Assembly: GCA_010093705.1 (NCBI GenBank)
Contig: MU006089.1
Coordinates: forward strand, 2,343,561-2,407,560
Reading direction: 5' to 3'
Source: Patellaria atrata CBS 101060
Lineage: Eukaryota
DNA: 64,000 nt
This document shows, piece after piece, positions 1-12,406 of this stretch. Position 1 is the stretch's first letter. The number at the start of each line of letters is the position of its first letter. The position numbers were made by a program, and so were the translations under genes. Under the pieces are notes generated by a model. It saw only the letters and a program-made list of their open reading frames with translations. It had not been told where the DNA came from and did not search any database.

Positions 1-668
1 ATATTCCTGAGATACCATTTATAAGGCAAATTTCAACAATATTTAAGACCCATCCCTAAAATCGAAAAGTAAAACAGAACTGATATTTCGGGACCTCTCA
101 AAATATGACCATTCTATATTTTGACAGTCTTTTGTGTTTTTGAGCCTTCTTCGGTCATTTGTTCTTTAGAGGGTGTTCCAATAAATCTCGACACCTCCTG
201 ATATACCATCAACTAAGATAGAGGATATATCTCCTCACACGCTGCTCTCAATCATGAATTGCCATTCTGATATTTTTCGGATCTGCCGCGTTCTTGAGCA
301 GTACAATATGTGAGAGAATTGACCGGCCATATTCGTAGATGGACTTGATTGGGGATATATAATTCATTCAGGCTCGATCTTATTCAGATCATCTTTTTCA
401 TGGCACCATCCTTCGAACTTCTTATATATGTTTATTGAAGAATGATTATGCTTCTTATAAATACAAAGTACTTAAAGCTAGATATACATCTGCAGGGATC
501 ATGTATCTTGACGGACAAAGTGTCAAGGTAACGGTTGTTGCATCAATTACTCATACACTATGCTGTCATTTAAACAGCCAATCGCTTTGGATTGCGAGAA
601 CTACCAACCACACACATCCATCAAATCAGCATGGAAATAAACTCATACTGCATCCTCTTTGAAATTCG

Positions 669-726
669 CTACTACTACTACTACTACTACTACTACTGCT
701 ACTACTACTACTGCTGCTGCTACTGC
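669..726. repeat. (CTA)n/(CTG)n trinucleotide microsatellite
   Basis: Run of ctactactact... interspersed with ctg units. Confidence 0.9.
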
Positions 727-1651
727 GGAATTCTGTGCTCTGGTTAATGGCAAGAAGTGGCATACACCCCGCAGTGTATAAGAAGATAGCTCTAGTATGG
801 CATCACCATCCCTTCTTGCCAATGCTTGGGACGACTTCATGACCACAATGAGCTTTCATGTGAGCTGTATGGAAACATTTCCTTGGGACGTTAAAGGCCA
901 AATATGAGCGCTTTCGGCCAGGGTTCAACACGGTTGATTACGATCTTACCCCCTGATAGAACGGTAATATAATCACTCTATCGGGGATGGATTGAAAGGT
1001 CACTTTTACAGACTTTCAGTATTGCAGATGCCCCAGACGCCCAGAGGTATTCCTGGATCCAACTGCAACCAGTAGTGAGCCAGTCGAGAAGAAGTCGAAG
1101 AACTTTGACCGGGTGCGGGAGAGAAACGTGCACTTTTGAAGACATCCATCACGACAAAAGTTCGATCTGAACGGGCCGAGATATGGATATTTCGGCCTAT
1201 ACTATTACGACAGAGAGACGACAGTGACATACATGCTATGCTATTCTGATTGGAAGTGTGTTTCTCCAGTGATCAGTGTATCGGCCTCTGGTACCTCCGT
1301 ACAGAGAGGACCTTGTACCTTTAATGCAGCTGGGGAGTGAACGGGAAGTGGGAAGTGCTTCGGATCTGCGCCTCTCTTCGCCAGAACCACTCACCACCAA
1401 CTCCATCGCTCCTTTCCAAGTTTCACCTAGCCAACCTAACCTTCAACCTCCAAAAACGATCACCATTCACCAAAACCCCGTACCATACACAATCCAACCT
1501 CTGTCTTTCGCTCATTTATCTTTCGTTTCTACCTATCCAGGCCATTCTGTTCATCTACCGGATTTGTTCGTTCGCAGAGGGAAACCCGACTCTGTGGGGT
1601 CACACAGCGCCCGCTCCCGCTGTCGTCGCTAAAGGTAGAGCGTAGGGCGCG

Positions 1652-4185
1652 ATGGCACGACGTCAATTTGAGGACAACCGGAACTCCTTACAATCCAACA
1701 ATCAGAACGTCTTCGACGATGAATTTGCAGACGACAGCTCGGATTTAGACCTGAACATTGGAGTGGCAGATGGATTTAGACCTGGACCTTTTGCTGGACA
1801 GGCGGCAAACCCCTCAAACTTTACAACAGAGGATCATGCCTTCGTTCGGCGATCCATATCAGGAGTCAGTTCGACTGACCAGGCACGGAAGTCTACGAAT
1901 ATCTCTAGAAACAGCACTACCAAACACAATGAAGTCGGGCCCTCCCCTACTCCAAGGAACGATCACTCGGGCTCTCCCGTCCCAGGACGTATACTACGAA
2001 CAAACTCGTCTGGTGTTATTGCACAAACCTCTTCGTTATTACATCGGTCATCTGTTGCATCCACATCATCATACGCAACAACAGCAATGATCCGTTCACA
2101 GAGCCCTTTCCAAGGTCAGAACGGTCCCAGCCATCCTTACGGCATGTATCCTCAAGGAACTGGGCTTGGCCGTTCTGAGAGCACTACCACTGCCTCTACT
2201 CTCCGCACTCCCCAAAGTTCATATTCTGTCCAGCAATCAAGGCCTACTCATCCGTACGCAATGTATACTCAAAATGTCGTCGGTCATGAAGAGGATGACT
2301 TGATTTCGCAGGCTCCTCCAGCTATTCCAGTTGGCTTCCCTGGTTTGAGCCAAACATATCACAGACAGATAGGACCGGATGGTGAAGAGCAGGATATCAT
2401 TGGACCCGATGGCCACACAGAACAGCTTCCACCATATTCCCGGTTTCCGGAAGAAGGCCCCACCAAAGCCTCCATGGCCGCTCTTGAAGGCACCCCTACT
2501 GAAAGTCCGCCTGTATCGAACCAGTCCCAGGATACCATTGTACAAATGCCAGATGCGTCTCCAACAGAGTCATTCCGAGGTCTGGTAATCCCACCTTCGA
2601 CAAGTACAGGCGATTCAGTGGCGTCAGAAAAGAGATGGAATGAGAAGACTTGGAAGGAAAAGCGAAAAACTAAGTTCCTTTGGGGCAAGGTTCCACTATG
2701 GGTTATATTATCTGGCTTGATAGTTATAATGATTTTTGCAACCATTCTCGGGGCTGTCGTAGGATCATTTGTGACGAAAGAGAAGATGGAAAAGAAGACC
2801 CGGTAAGTCACTGTCAATGCCTTGCTAGCTTGCTATTGCTCATAGTTTCCAGCCCAGCAACTGTTACTGTATGGAGCACTGCATCTCTGATTGATGCTTC
2901 TGCCATTCCTACGCCTACTAATATGCCTAACCTTCCCACTGGCAAATTCTCCCTTCCACTCCCAGTACCGGAAGCCGTCAAGCATGGATGTCTGGTCGAA
3001 CCCGAGATGATACCTGCCTGGTCTTGTGAATACAGTGGACCGAAGATCCAGATCGAAGTTGACGAGGAACCTCAGGCCGATATTATAACCGTCACACTCT
3101 CAGGATTCGACACTGGTGTAGTCCCGGACCCAGATAAACTAAACTACGGCCATCAAAGTCCGATGATAACGCCTCAGAACCTTATTCTGGTTGCTGATCT
3201 GGATGAACAAAATAGAGGGCCTGCATATCACTTTCAAACATTGTATGACAAACTAGTCATTCTCAAGTCAGACGAAATGTATTCGAGACGGAAGCGAAAT
3301 TCCCCTTTCGGTGGTTTCTTGTGGGGTCATCGAAATCAGCTCGTTGCTGGTGAGGAGCCTTGGTTCTGTTGGTGGAATCACACCTTGATTGAAGGCTACA
3401 TCTATGTTACACAAAACTCGACATTCGCCGAATCTTACAGTTCATTATACATAACCTCAACTACTTCTGGTGCCTCACAAGCGACGAGAACTGCTTCGGA
3501 TGCAGGACGTGTCACCAGCCCACCTCCAGTAAATGCGGATACGAATCCTTCACGCACTGAAGGAATCGAATTAGCTACTCCAAATAGCAATCAGACTCCA
3601 GATAACAATCAAACTCCAGACAGCAATCAGTCTCCGGACAATAACCAGGTAACGGATCCAGTTGCGGAGGCCACTTCACCGCCAGATATCATCACAACTG
3701 AAACCCTACCGCTCCCAACCCCGAACTCTAATGATGAGAGTGATGATGGTAATGATGACGAGAATGGCAATGCTGCTGTACCAAGCGGTGCTCGGGGTAA
3801 TAGACCTTCCTGGGCAGGTAGCGACCGTCCCTCGTGGGTTGCCGCGGGCGGGAAAAACGCGAAGAGGTTTCCACCCAGGCCACGTTACTTCGAAAACCTT
3901 CCCCCACCGTACCCTCGAATCGTTAAGATAGAAGAGCGCCGCCTTCCGTCGAATAAGATTGCACCTTACTGCCAGAAAATGGTGATTCTAGAAGACGGAA
4001 GAATAGAACCGAAGCGGGATGTTGATGAAGAGGAGATCATCATCGAGATCGAAGAGTCGAATCCGTCCTTCTCGGAGCTGGCCAACCCCTCTGGAGAGTC
4101 GAGAAATTTTAGGTTCAAGAGATCGGGCCTTGAGGTCAGAGAGGACCCTAGCAGTGCATGTCATTGCCAGTGGGTCAGTTCTTAG
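1652..4185 (+). CDS. Conserved fungal single-pass membrane protein of unknown function (2 exons: 1652-2802, 2853-4185)
   Basis: Two long ORFs joined in frame by intron 2803-2852 (gtaagt...gctcat...ccag). Cytosolic Ser/Pro-rich N-terminus with an LPPY motif, one TM helix (VPLWVILSGLIVIMIFATILGAVVG), Cys/Trp-containing luminal domain, NQ(T/S)PD repeats and dibasic sites. Confidence 0.85.
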
Positions 4186-4353
4186 CTTGACGAATATCAG
4201 TTCCTTCACTCTTTTATCTTTCTCCGTGAATAGTTTCTTGCTTCCCGTTTATTCTTTGTTCAGATATGTTCCTATGGCGCGGTAATCAGGAGTTCTTATG
4301 GCATTGGGGGCGCTTTGGGGACAACAAAGGCGCGTATTGGGTTTTTTTCTTGA

Positions 4354-4508
4354 NNNNNNNNNNNNNNNNNNNNNNNNNNNNNNNNNNNNNNNNNNNNNNN
4401 NNNNNNNNNNNNNNNNNNNNNNNNNNNNNNNNNNNNNNNNNNNNNNNNNNNNNNNNNNNNNNNNNNNNNNNNNNNNNNNNNNNNNNNNNNNNNNNNNNNN
4501 NNNNNNNN
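4354..4508. other. Assembly gap (N run)
   Basis: 155 N bases. Confidence 1.
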
Positions 4509-4882
4509 CTTGTTGAGAGTGTTTTCATCACAGATTTTTTGTTCATATAGCGTCTCCGATGCTGGATGGAGTTATGCGGGTTTCGATAGGATATCATGCG
4601 GAATCTTTTTTTCGGTCTTTCCGCGAGAGGGTTTGAGGGATATTAAGGGATCAATGGGGTAAATAAGTAAATATGAGTCACGCCTTTGCTGTAGGCCGAT
4701 ACGGCGAAAAGACGAAGAGAGAATGAAGGAAATAAAAAGTAGATTACTAGTACTTTTTTCATTCCTACTGCTTTGCTGTTGAGTTGGGATGTGTAGTGAA
4801 CGTGAGCTATGACTTCTATGCCTAGGAATTGTCATTTATCTCCAAGTACAGGGCCATATCGCGATGCTTCAGACGGTCCCCA

Positions 4883-6949
4883 TCAATGCGTCTTCTCCAA
4901 AATCGCCTTAATCATCTCATTCCCAACCCTCGTCGCCTCCTCGAACCGCGGCGCGAAGTACTCGCTAATAGCCTCGAACTTGCGCCTGTAGGCTTCGTCG
5001 TTGCCGAGCGTGACGCGCTCGCTCCAGTCCTAGAAACAATATCACCGTCAACAATTAGTGTCTTAAACCCCAGGGAAAGGGGGGACTACCCTTGCCGCAA
5101 ATGTAAACTCCAAATCATCGGCTCGGAACGTGTTATCCTCGATCGCGGTTTCGATGGCTTCGTCGAGGAGCTCCGGCTTGCGGAAGAGGGATTCGGCTAT
5201 GCCGAGCCAGAGTCGGAAAAGCTATTGCGATAGCGAGGTGAGTCAACGCATCCGATCCCGCCCCAACCTTGAAGCAGAAATTGGGTTGGATGGGAGAAGG
5301 GGGTGCTTACGGGTGTGGAACAGATCATGTGGTCGTAGGGCACGATGCCCAGTTTCCACCAACAGTCCACCATGGCGAGGAGGGAGAGGTGATTATTCCG
5401 CACCCTCTCCTGCGGTAGCTCGCCAAGGGAAAACCGATCCAGCAATTCGTCTTTCAGCAATAATCCCTCATCTTCACCACCCCTTCCCTTCCACCGTGCA
5501 TTCCCGAACACCGCCTCTCCGGCCTCCTTGACCCGTCGGCTTAATTCTTCTCGCTGCCCCGCGAGCATGAGCTTGAAGAGCGCGGTGACGGACTCGGCGT
5601 ACTGCCCGATCTGGCGCCGCGCGGACGGGTTCAGCATCGCGAGGCCGGCGTACACGTGCCACTTGTTGCTGTAGATGCGTAGCGTCAGGTTGATCTTGAC
5701 GTTTTCGATGCCGCCGACGTAGCGTGGGACTTCCCAGGGAAACTGCGCGTTGGCACGCCAGGCGGCGCCCATGCTGGGGAGGTTGTGAGTATGGGTGGGG
5801 TTGGCAGATCGGAAAGGGGGTGAAGGCATAGAAAGGGGTTGGAGAATTAGGGAATGGAAAGGGGTTGGAATCGAGATGGTTAGGAGTACTAAGCGTGAAG
5901 CGGAAAGAGAGGGTGGGATGGAAATTGGGTCGGTATTGCTCACCTCAGGAAAGCGGCGTGGGTGACAGCTTGAGTGTCTGCCGTGATATGGTCGTGATCT
6001 GACGCGGACAGGTACACGAACTTAGAACCAAAGCAAGACAGCATCTTCTCTACTAGGGCAAAGCTCTCGTCTGAGGCACGGTGCTTAATGAGTACGAGCG
6101 GTTGTCCTCTTGGATCTACTCCAGGTCCGTGTAAAGAATGGCAGGATACAATCTCGACATCCTGTGGCAGGTGCTTTTCGAATGCTGCGATTTCTGGAGC
6201 TTTGCAAGACGTTTGACCACCAACGATAGCTCCCATCTTGGTTGCTTTGAATCAAACCACTATTAGCATGGATTGCTGAAGAGATGGGAAGCGGTTTTGA
6301 CATGCGTACAAGGACCGAATTGGGCAACAACATCATCAATGTTCTTAGCTGGCACGTTGTAGATAATATAGTCGCTGCATCTCGAGACGAGGTGACCGTT
6401 TTGCATTATGTTTACTCTCCCCTAACATGACCTCAGCATCTCCCTCTGTCTGAATTATATCTGTATATGCTCCTACTCTTCCAGCAAACTCCTTTTTCAA
6501 GGCCTCATAGGATTCTGGTCTATCACATCCATTGATCCTACATAGGAATCCTATCAGCGAATAAGTTCCGGCTAGAATATCTGGCTACTACCTCGATAGT
6601 GTCAGTATATATTCGAGATGTCTTAGTTTCGAAAGCAATGTATAATATATAAGGTTTCAGACCAAAAAAATAGTAAGGTAGCTGAGATATTACATCAGTG
6701 ACAACCCCCAGCTACCTTTGGGGCTAGAAAAGCTTCCAAAGTAGCTAGAGATCATACTCGAGCCAAATGCACTCAAGTCATCAGGACAGGATGATGGCGA
6801 TAGAAAAGTCTGATGACTTACCAATATTCTAGGACTCCCTGATGGCGAGATCGATCATTGACCTACCTCCATCCTGCATCACTAAGTCTTCTCGCGTACA
6901 TCTTCCCCATATCCCCCATACCAATAATACCTATACACTTTTCATCCAT
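4883..6949 (-). CDS. TYR1: Prephenate dehydrogenase (NADP+), 7 exons: 6949-6867, 6537-6477, 6421-6310, 6244-5944, 5773-5311, 5221-5090, 5029-4883
   Basis: Spliced translation gives MDEKCIGIIGMGDMGKMYARR (Rossmann fold), GGQTSCKAPE, SCHSLHGP, HDHITADTQAVTHAAFLSMG, YSNKWHVYAGLA, DHMICSTPLFRLWLG; all exon phases are consistent. Confidence 0.95.
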
Positions 6950-7298
6950 AATAGACACACACTCAACTAGATAAGACTCTAATTAGGAATCCGCAAATGA
7001 GATCAAGCATTCAAGTGTTAGAAGTGATGAGAGCAGTAAGCTCCCTCAGCCTGCCCTTAGCCTTAGTTAAGTAATTGACGGCGTTCCACATTGTTGCGAC
7101 ATCGGACGGAGTGAGGGAGAAGAATGAAAAGAAGGTTGTACAGTGAGAAACTTGGAAAGCTTTGAAGCGAAAAAAAAGTGTCGGCTAAGCTTCGGGCCAC
7201 GAACCGACAACCCGTCGCTCCAAAACTCCTACCTCGAACTTTTTGAGATATCAAGCAAATCTCAGCCCTTCGAACATCTACTACATTAATCGTCAAAC

Positions 7299-7948
<650 letters not shown>

Positions 7949-8300
7949 GCTGTCGAACTGGCAATTGGTCTTCTTGTTGGTGGTCAATGTTCGATGACAA
8001 TTACGCGGGGAACGGCTTTATGCCTGGTCTCCAATTTCTACACTTGTCACATAGTCATGATACCGTGAGACGAATCTAAGCTTCATAGCAACATGTTCAC
8101 AAAGCATTTTCATTTTACCATATATAGGGACAATAAGTGCATGTGTAACAGTGATTCAAAGCTTACCCACCCAAACAAGACTTATACAAAGGTGTTTGAC
8201 CGTCTCGCCCCTACCTATCCAAACGCCAGGGCGCCATCCAATGGCTTCAATACACACACAACTCGAAAGGATGCTATACTAAGCTACAGCTCTCATTTCT

Positions 8301-9371
8301 TTAATAGCGGTATGAATGTCCACCGCGATCCCGAACCATACTATCAGACACGAGGGTACCTTGGCCGCGTCCACCATATCTAGCAGTAGATGGGCCTCTA
8401 TCCCTTGGCGCAGAGTAATCGTCGTACCTATCCCGATGAGTAGAGTTATCATCGACATCCATACTGTCTTGATCATCTCTAGCATATCGTGAACCTGATG
8501 CCTGTGGTGCTGGTTGCGACTGCTGGGCAGGCTTCGTTGGGGGTCCATCTTTCATGTAGACATACAATAACCGTCCATCGGCCTAAATTCTGTCAGTCGA
8601 TTTACTTCAACACTAGAAGGGAAACATGTATTACCCTCTTATTGTTGAACCTATCGACAACCTTCTCCGCTCCACTCTTCCTCGCGAATGCGAGCTCGGC
8701 AATGACAGTAGGGGCTGAGCTTATGAGTCGACACGAGATGAGTTCTCCTCCTATAGGCGCGATGACGGCCTCGATGTCTGCTGCTGTCGTACCAGGCGCA
8801 AAGTTGCTAGCTATAACGACGAATGGAATCGCTTGGCCTCTAATGTTTATCTCTACCCCATCACTCGTACGGTTTTCATCGAAATTGACCTGGTTATCGA
8901 AGTTCCGCTGGGATGATTGCGCTTTCTGTAGCCCATCGTATAGGCGGTTGCCTCGGTCGATTTGTGACGCGGAATTCGTACGTGGAAGTTGCGAGACACG
9001 GGAGGTTCGCGGGTTATTTGGATTTGCGCGGAGACCGGCGGAGGAGTGACGCTGGATCAGAAGGTCGTGTGAGTAGATCATTGCCTCCGCGATATAGATC
9101 AGACATGATGTACCTTAGAGACGCCTATTCGACTTGCGAGGCTTGGAGCAGCGTTGGCCTTGTTTCTAGACTTGAACCCGCCTGGGCCGGGCGCGCTGGC
9201 TCTTCGATTCTTCCCGAAAATCTTACTTGCGAGATCTTCCGCCTTTCTCTTCTTGCGATCTGTAGTATAACACGCGGTAAGCTTCCCTACTTGTCGACTC
9301 GCCCTTATGGATGGAACTGTACCAGCTTGTATGATATCGTCGAACGAGGGGATATCTTTGGCGACAACCAT
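8301..9371 (-). CDS. Conserved fungal protein with RRM-like domain (multi-exon)
   Basis: Exonic pieces MVVAKDIPSFDDIIQA/DRKKRKAEDLASKIFGK...SLASRIGVSK, then VVIASNFAPGTTAADIEAVI...AELAF...VVDRFNNK and an RG-rich C-terminus; separated by GT-AG introns. Confidence 0.75.
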
Positions 9372-9671
9372 TATTGCGATCTAATGCGCTAATTGTGGCA
9401 GGTAGTACTAGGAAGGGAAGGATATTCAATTAGACAATGTTGTGATAGCGAAGAAGGTGGTTATGAGGTGTATGAACCTTCCCCTCGTAGCTAGTTGGCC
9501 AGCCACAACTCCGAAATCTCGACCGCCAAGATACGCCTGTTGACGCGAAGTCTGGGAACGCGCAACGCCTTGGCGTCTTCTCAATGAACCCTTCCCATTC
9601 CTCAACCATTATTATTTGACATGAAGTATGTAAAGTTGTATAAAAAGTGTAACCCTTCTCTCACAAAATAT

Positions 9672-10119
9672 TCACGACGTCACCGGACTACAACGTCCCG
9701 ATTGCACGCGAAATCCCGTTGTCTTATCCAATTTCAGAGAAAGTCCTCTCCTCGCAATCTCCTCCCTTTTCCTTTCACGAGTGTCGCATTCGGAGCCTTG
9801 ATTCTCCCGGTTAAGCTTCTTTAATAGAGTTGCGGCGTCAGTATCGCGAGATAATTTAGCCATGACATTTTCTAATTCAGCACTTCTCCGTTGATCCGCT
9901 AGTGATCGAGGGAGCCGCTCTGCTTGAGGTGCTGTGCCTGCTACTATCCCACGTGGTAAACCCATGGCGACTTCGAGCATTCCTGCAGTGTGTTGTTGCA
10001 TAGAACTATAAGGTTTATTTCAGTATACATTTTCTTCCTGTTTCACAGAGCACGTCATACCGGCAATAGACTTCAACTTCAGCCTTGTTCATATTCCTCA
10101 GGCCTTCTGAATCAGACAT
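9672..10119 (-). CDS. Small hypothetical protein (exons 10119-10061, 10005-9672)
   Basis: MSDSEGLRNMNKAEVEVYCR|SMQQHTAGML... joined in frame by intron gtatga...tactga...tatag. Confidence 0.5.
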
Positions 10120-10775
10120 AGCTTTAAGAGGCAATCAATCGAGTGATATCTTGAGGAGAACCGTCTTTCCGTTCGTAAGAGCAATGAATATTTCAAGTTT
10201 GCATGATAAAATTTGAAAAGTCTTTGAAATCCCACTCCACTGGGCATACGTATTCGTCATTTGTAGTCACGTTGATATCTGGGGGCATCTGCCCTATCAA
10301 ATCTTGCACAACCATCGTCACTTCCCGCTTTCAGTCTACCTCAAAAACCTTATTTCAACCGTCTTGCGCTTATTCTTAACTTACCATATGGAATATTTAA
10401 GAATAGACAAAGAAGCCCTACCGTTACATCGTCACCATCCCTTTGTTCATCCCCCTGCATTCTTGACGGTTGCTTTGCCACCCATTTCAATTATAATGAA
10501 CATGAAAACAGCCGAGAACTCATTAACAAAGAAACTTGCTTTCAGAATAGATATACCACTCAGAAATGATTACCCTCAACCAAAGTCTCGAATGCAGCCT
10601 TGACATCCACTGTATGTCCAAATTTAAAAGAGACAATGGGGAGGTAGAAATTAAAGATTGAACAAGTTCCTTACTATACCCACCGGTCCTTCACTCAAAT
10701 TTCTTCTGTACGGTCCCATCCGTCCCTATCAAAGACTTTTGTCAGAAGCGACTCACGACCTCGAGACATCTCAAG

Positions 10776-11416
10776 ATGCGTTCGACATTCGCTCTAATCG
10801 TCTTCGCGGCGACATCATTCGGTCAATCCCTTGCTGGACTGCCCCAATGTGCTGTAAGTCCAACCCACCAACGATCAAAATCCTACCCATACTAATCCCA
10901 TCAAAGAGAGACCAAATCATCGACGCTATAGCAAGTAGCACCTGCCCACCCAACGACATCGCCTGTTTCTGCAGCGACGGTGGCCTCCTCAATGACCTCC
11001 ACGCGAAGATGGCAATGTGCGACACCGCATCGCAAGAATCAGCCCTCAAATTCGCCGCGAGCCTTTGTCCAAACCTTCGAAGCAGCTTAGCAGCTCCAGA
11101 ACCTACCTCTACCGCACCACCCATCCCCTCTACCGTCATTCCACCACCGTCTACTACAGCTGGCGCGGAGGAGACGGAGACACCGACGTCCGAGAGTATT
11201 CAGTACGATACTAAGTCTGCGCCGGTGGTGGTGACACAGCCCACGGGTACTACCTTGGGCGGGGTGAGCGGCTCTGCTGACGGAACGGCGCCTACGGCAC
11301 CGGTTCAGTTCGAGGGAGGCGCTGGAAGAAGCAAGACAGCTGAATTTGGGAATCCGAGAGCTTGGGGCGTTGGTATTGGGATGTTGGTTATGGGAGTCGT
11401 GTTTGCTGAGTTTTGA
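10776..11416 (+). CDS. Secreted GPI-anchored CFEM-like protein (intron 10854-10906)
   Basis: Signal peptide MRSTFALIVFAATSFG, LPQCA...TCPPNDIACFCSD...MC...LC, Ser/Thr/Pro stalk, hydrophobic C-terminal GPI signal. Confidence 0.85.
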
Positions 11417-12406
11417 ATAACTGTCTTGTGTTTGTTCAGCTTACAGTAATAGTAAGCACAGTAATAGACGAGTGGGAGAGGATAAAAGGGGGTTTGGTGT
11501 GGAGGAGTCCATTCATTGATGAAGAGAAGCCCGCCCTGATGGCGAACAGTTTGTTCTGCTATCCACTTGTTGTTGTATCTTAATTTATATCATATCTTCG
11601 TTCTACAACATCCTCTTGCACGTGGTGGAAAGCGTGATCCTTCCATAGCCACACGTCTTAGTTCAGGGCTTTCTTCGATATAATAAAGAAAATTTAAATA
11701 CTCCGAAGATTAAATAATAACGAAAATCTCCAAGGCGCCTTATCCACGGTATAGAAGTCATAAAACTTATCGTGTCCTTTAGCTACCGAGACTGGTAGAC
11801 ACCAAGACGTCTTTTAGATAGAGCCACTCTTTAAACGACCGTGGTTTTTCTTTGGTCATTTGCTAAACGAGCAGTGAAAGGAATTCTAAATACTTATCTG
11901 AAATCTCCGGAAGAAATGTCGAAGATTTGTGTGCGAAATGATATTTTAGATAATTTAGTGTGGAGTTCAGTTTCCAGTTTCAAACTGGAAGAGTGAATGT
12001 TAGATATTGCGCTAACCGTTTTAGGCGACGCGACCGACTTCATTCACGTCTGAGCTCTTTGAGTTTGAGAAACCCGACTGAAGTTCTATATTTTTCGTAA
12101 AAAGTTGATATCGCACATGATTCTTTAAGATTTTTTGAGGAGATTTTAGAAAAGTATTTAGAACTCTTATCCTACTTTTCGTTAAGCAGATAACCAGAAA
12201 AAAAACCACGCCGTTTTAAAGAATTTCGAGGGACTTTCTCGTGCTAAGATTTCGGATATGGCTCGCTCTGAGGGTAACGAGCATCCAAGGTCCGAAAAGA
12301 CGCCCGGGACTCCCACCTTGTCACCCCATTCTATACTTTGTCGCCAGAGTGAAGATAGAACAGACATCGCAACCAAAATAAAATACACAGTCGAGGATAG
12401 CAACAC

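Noticed and set aside
643..846. ORF with poly-Val/Ala stretch
   Set aside because: Artefact of the CTA/CTG microsatellite.
6745..6822. U1 snRNA-like motifs on + strand (GATCA, TGCACTC, ACTTACC)
   Set aside because: Wrong order for U1, and the Sm-like site is on the opposite strand.
11620..12320. AT-rich stretch resembling a transposon remnant
   Set aside because: No TIR pair, TSD or coding remnant that I could define.
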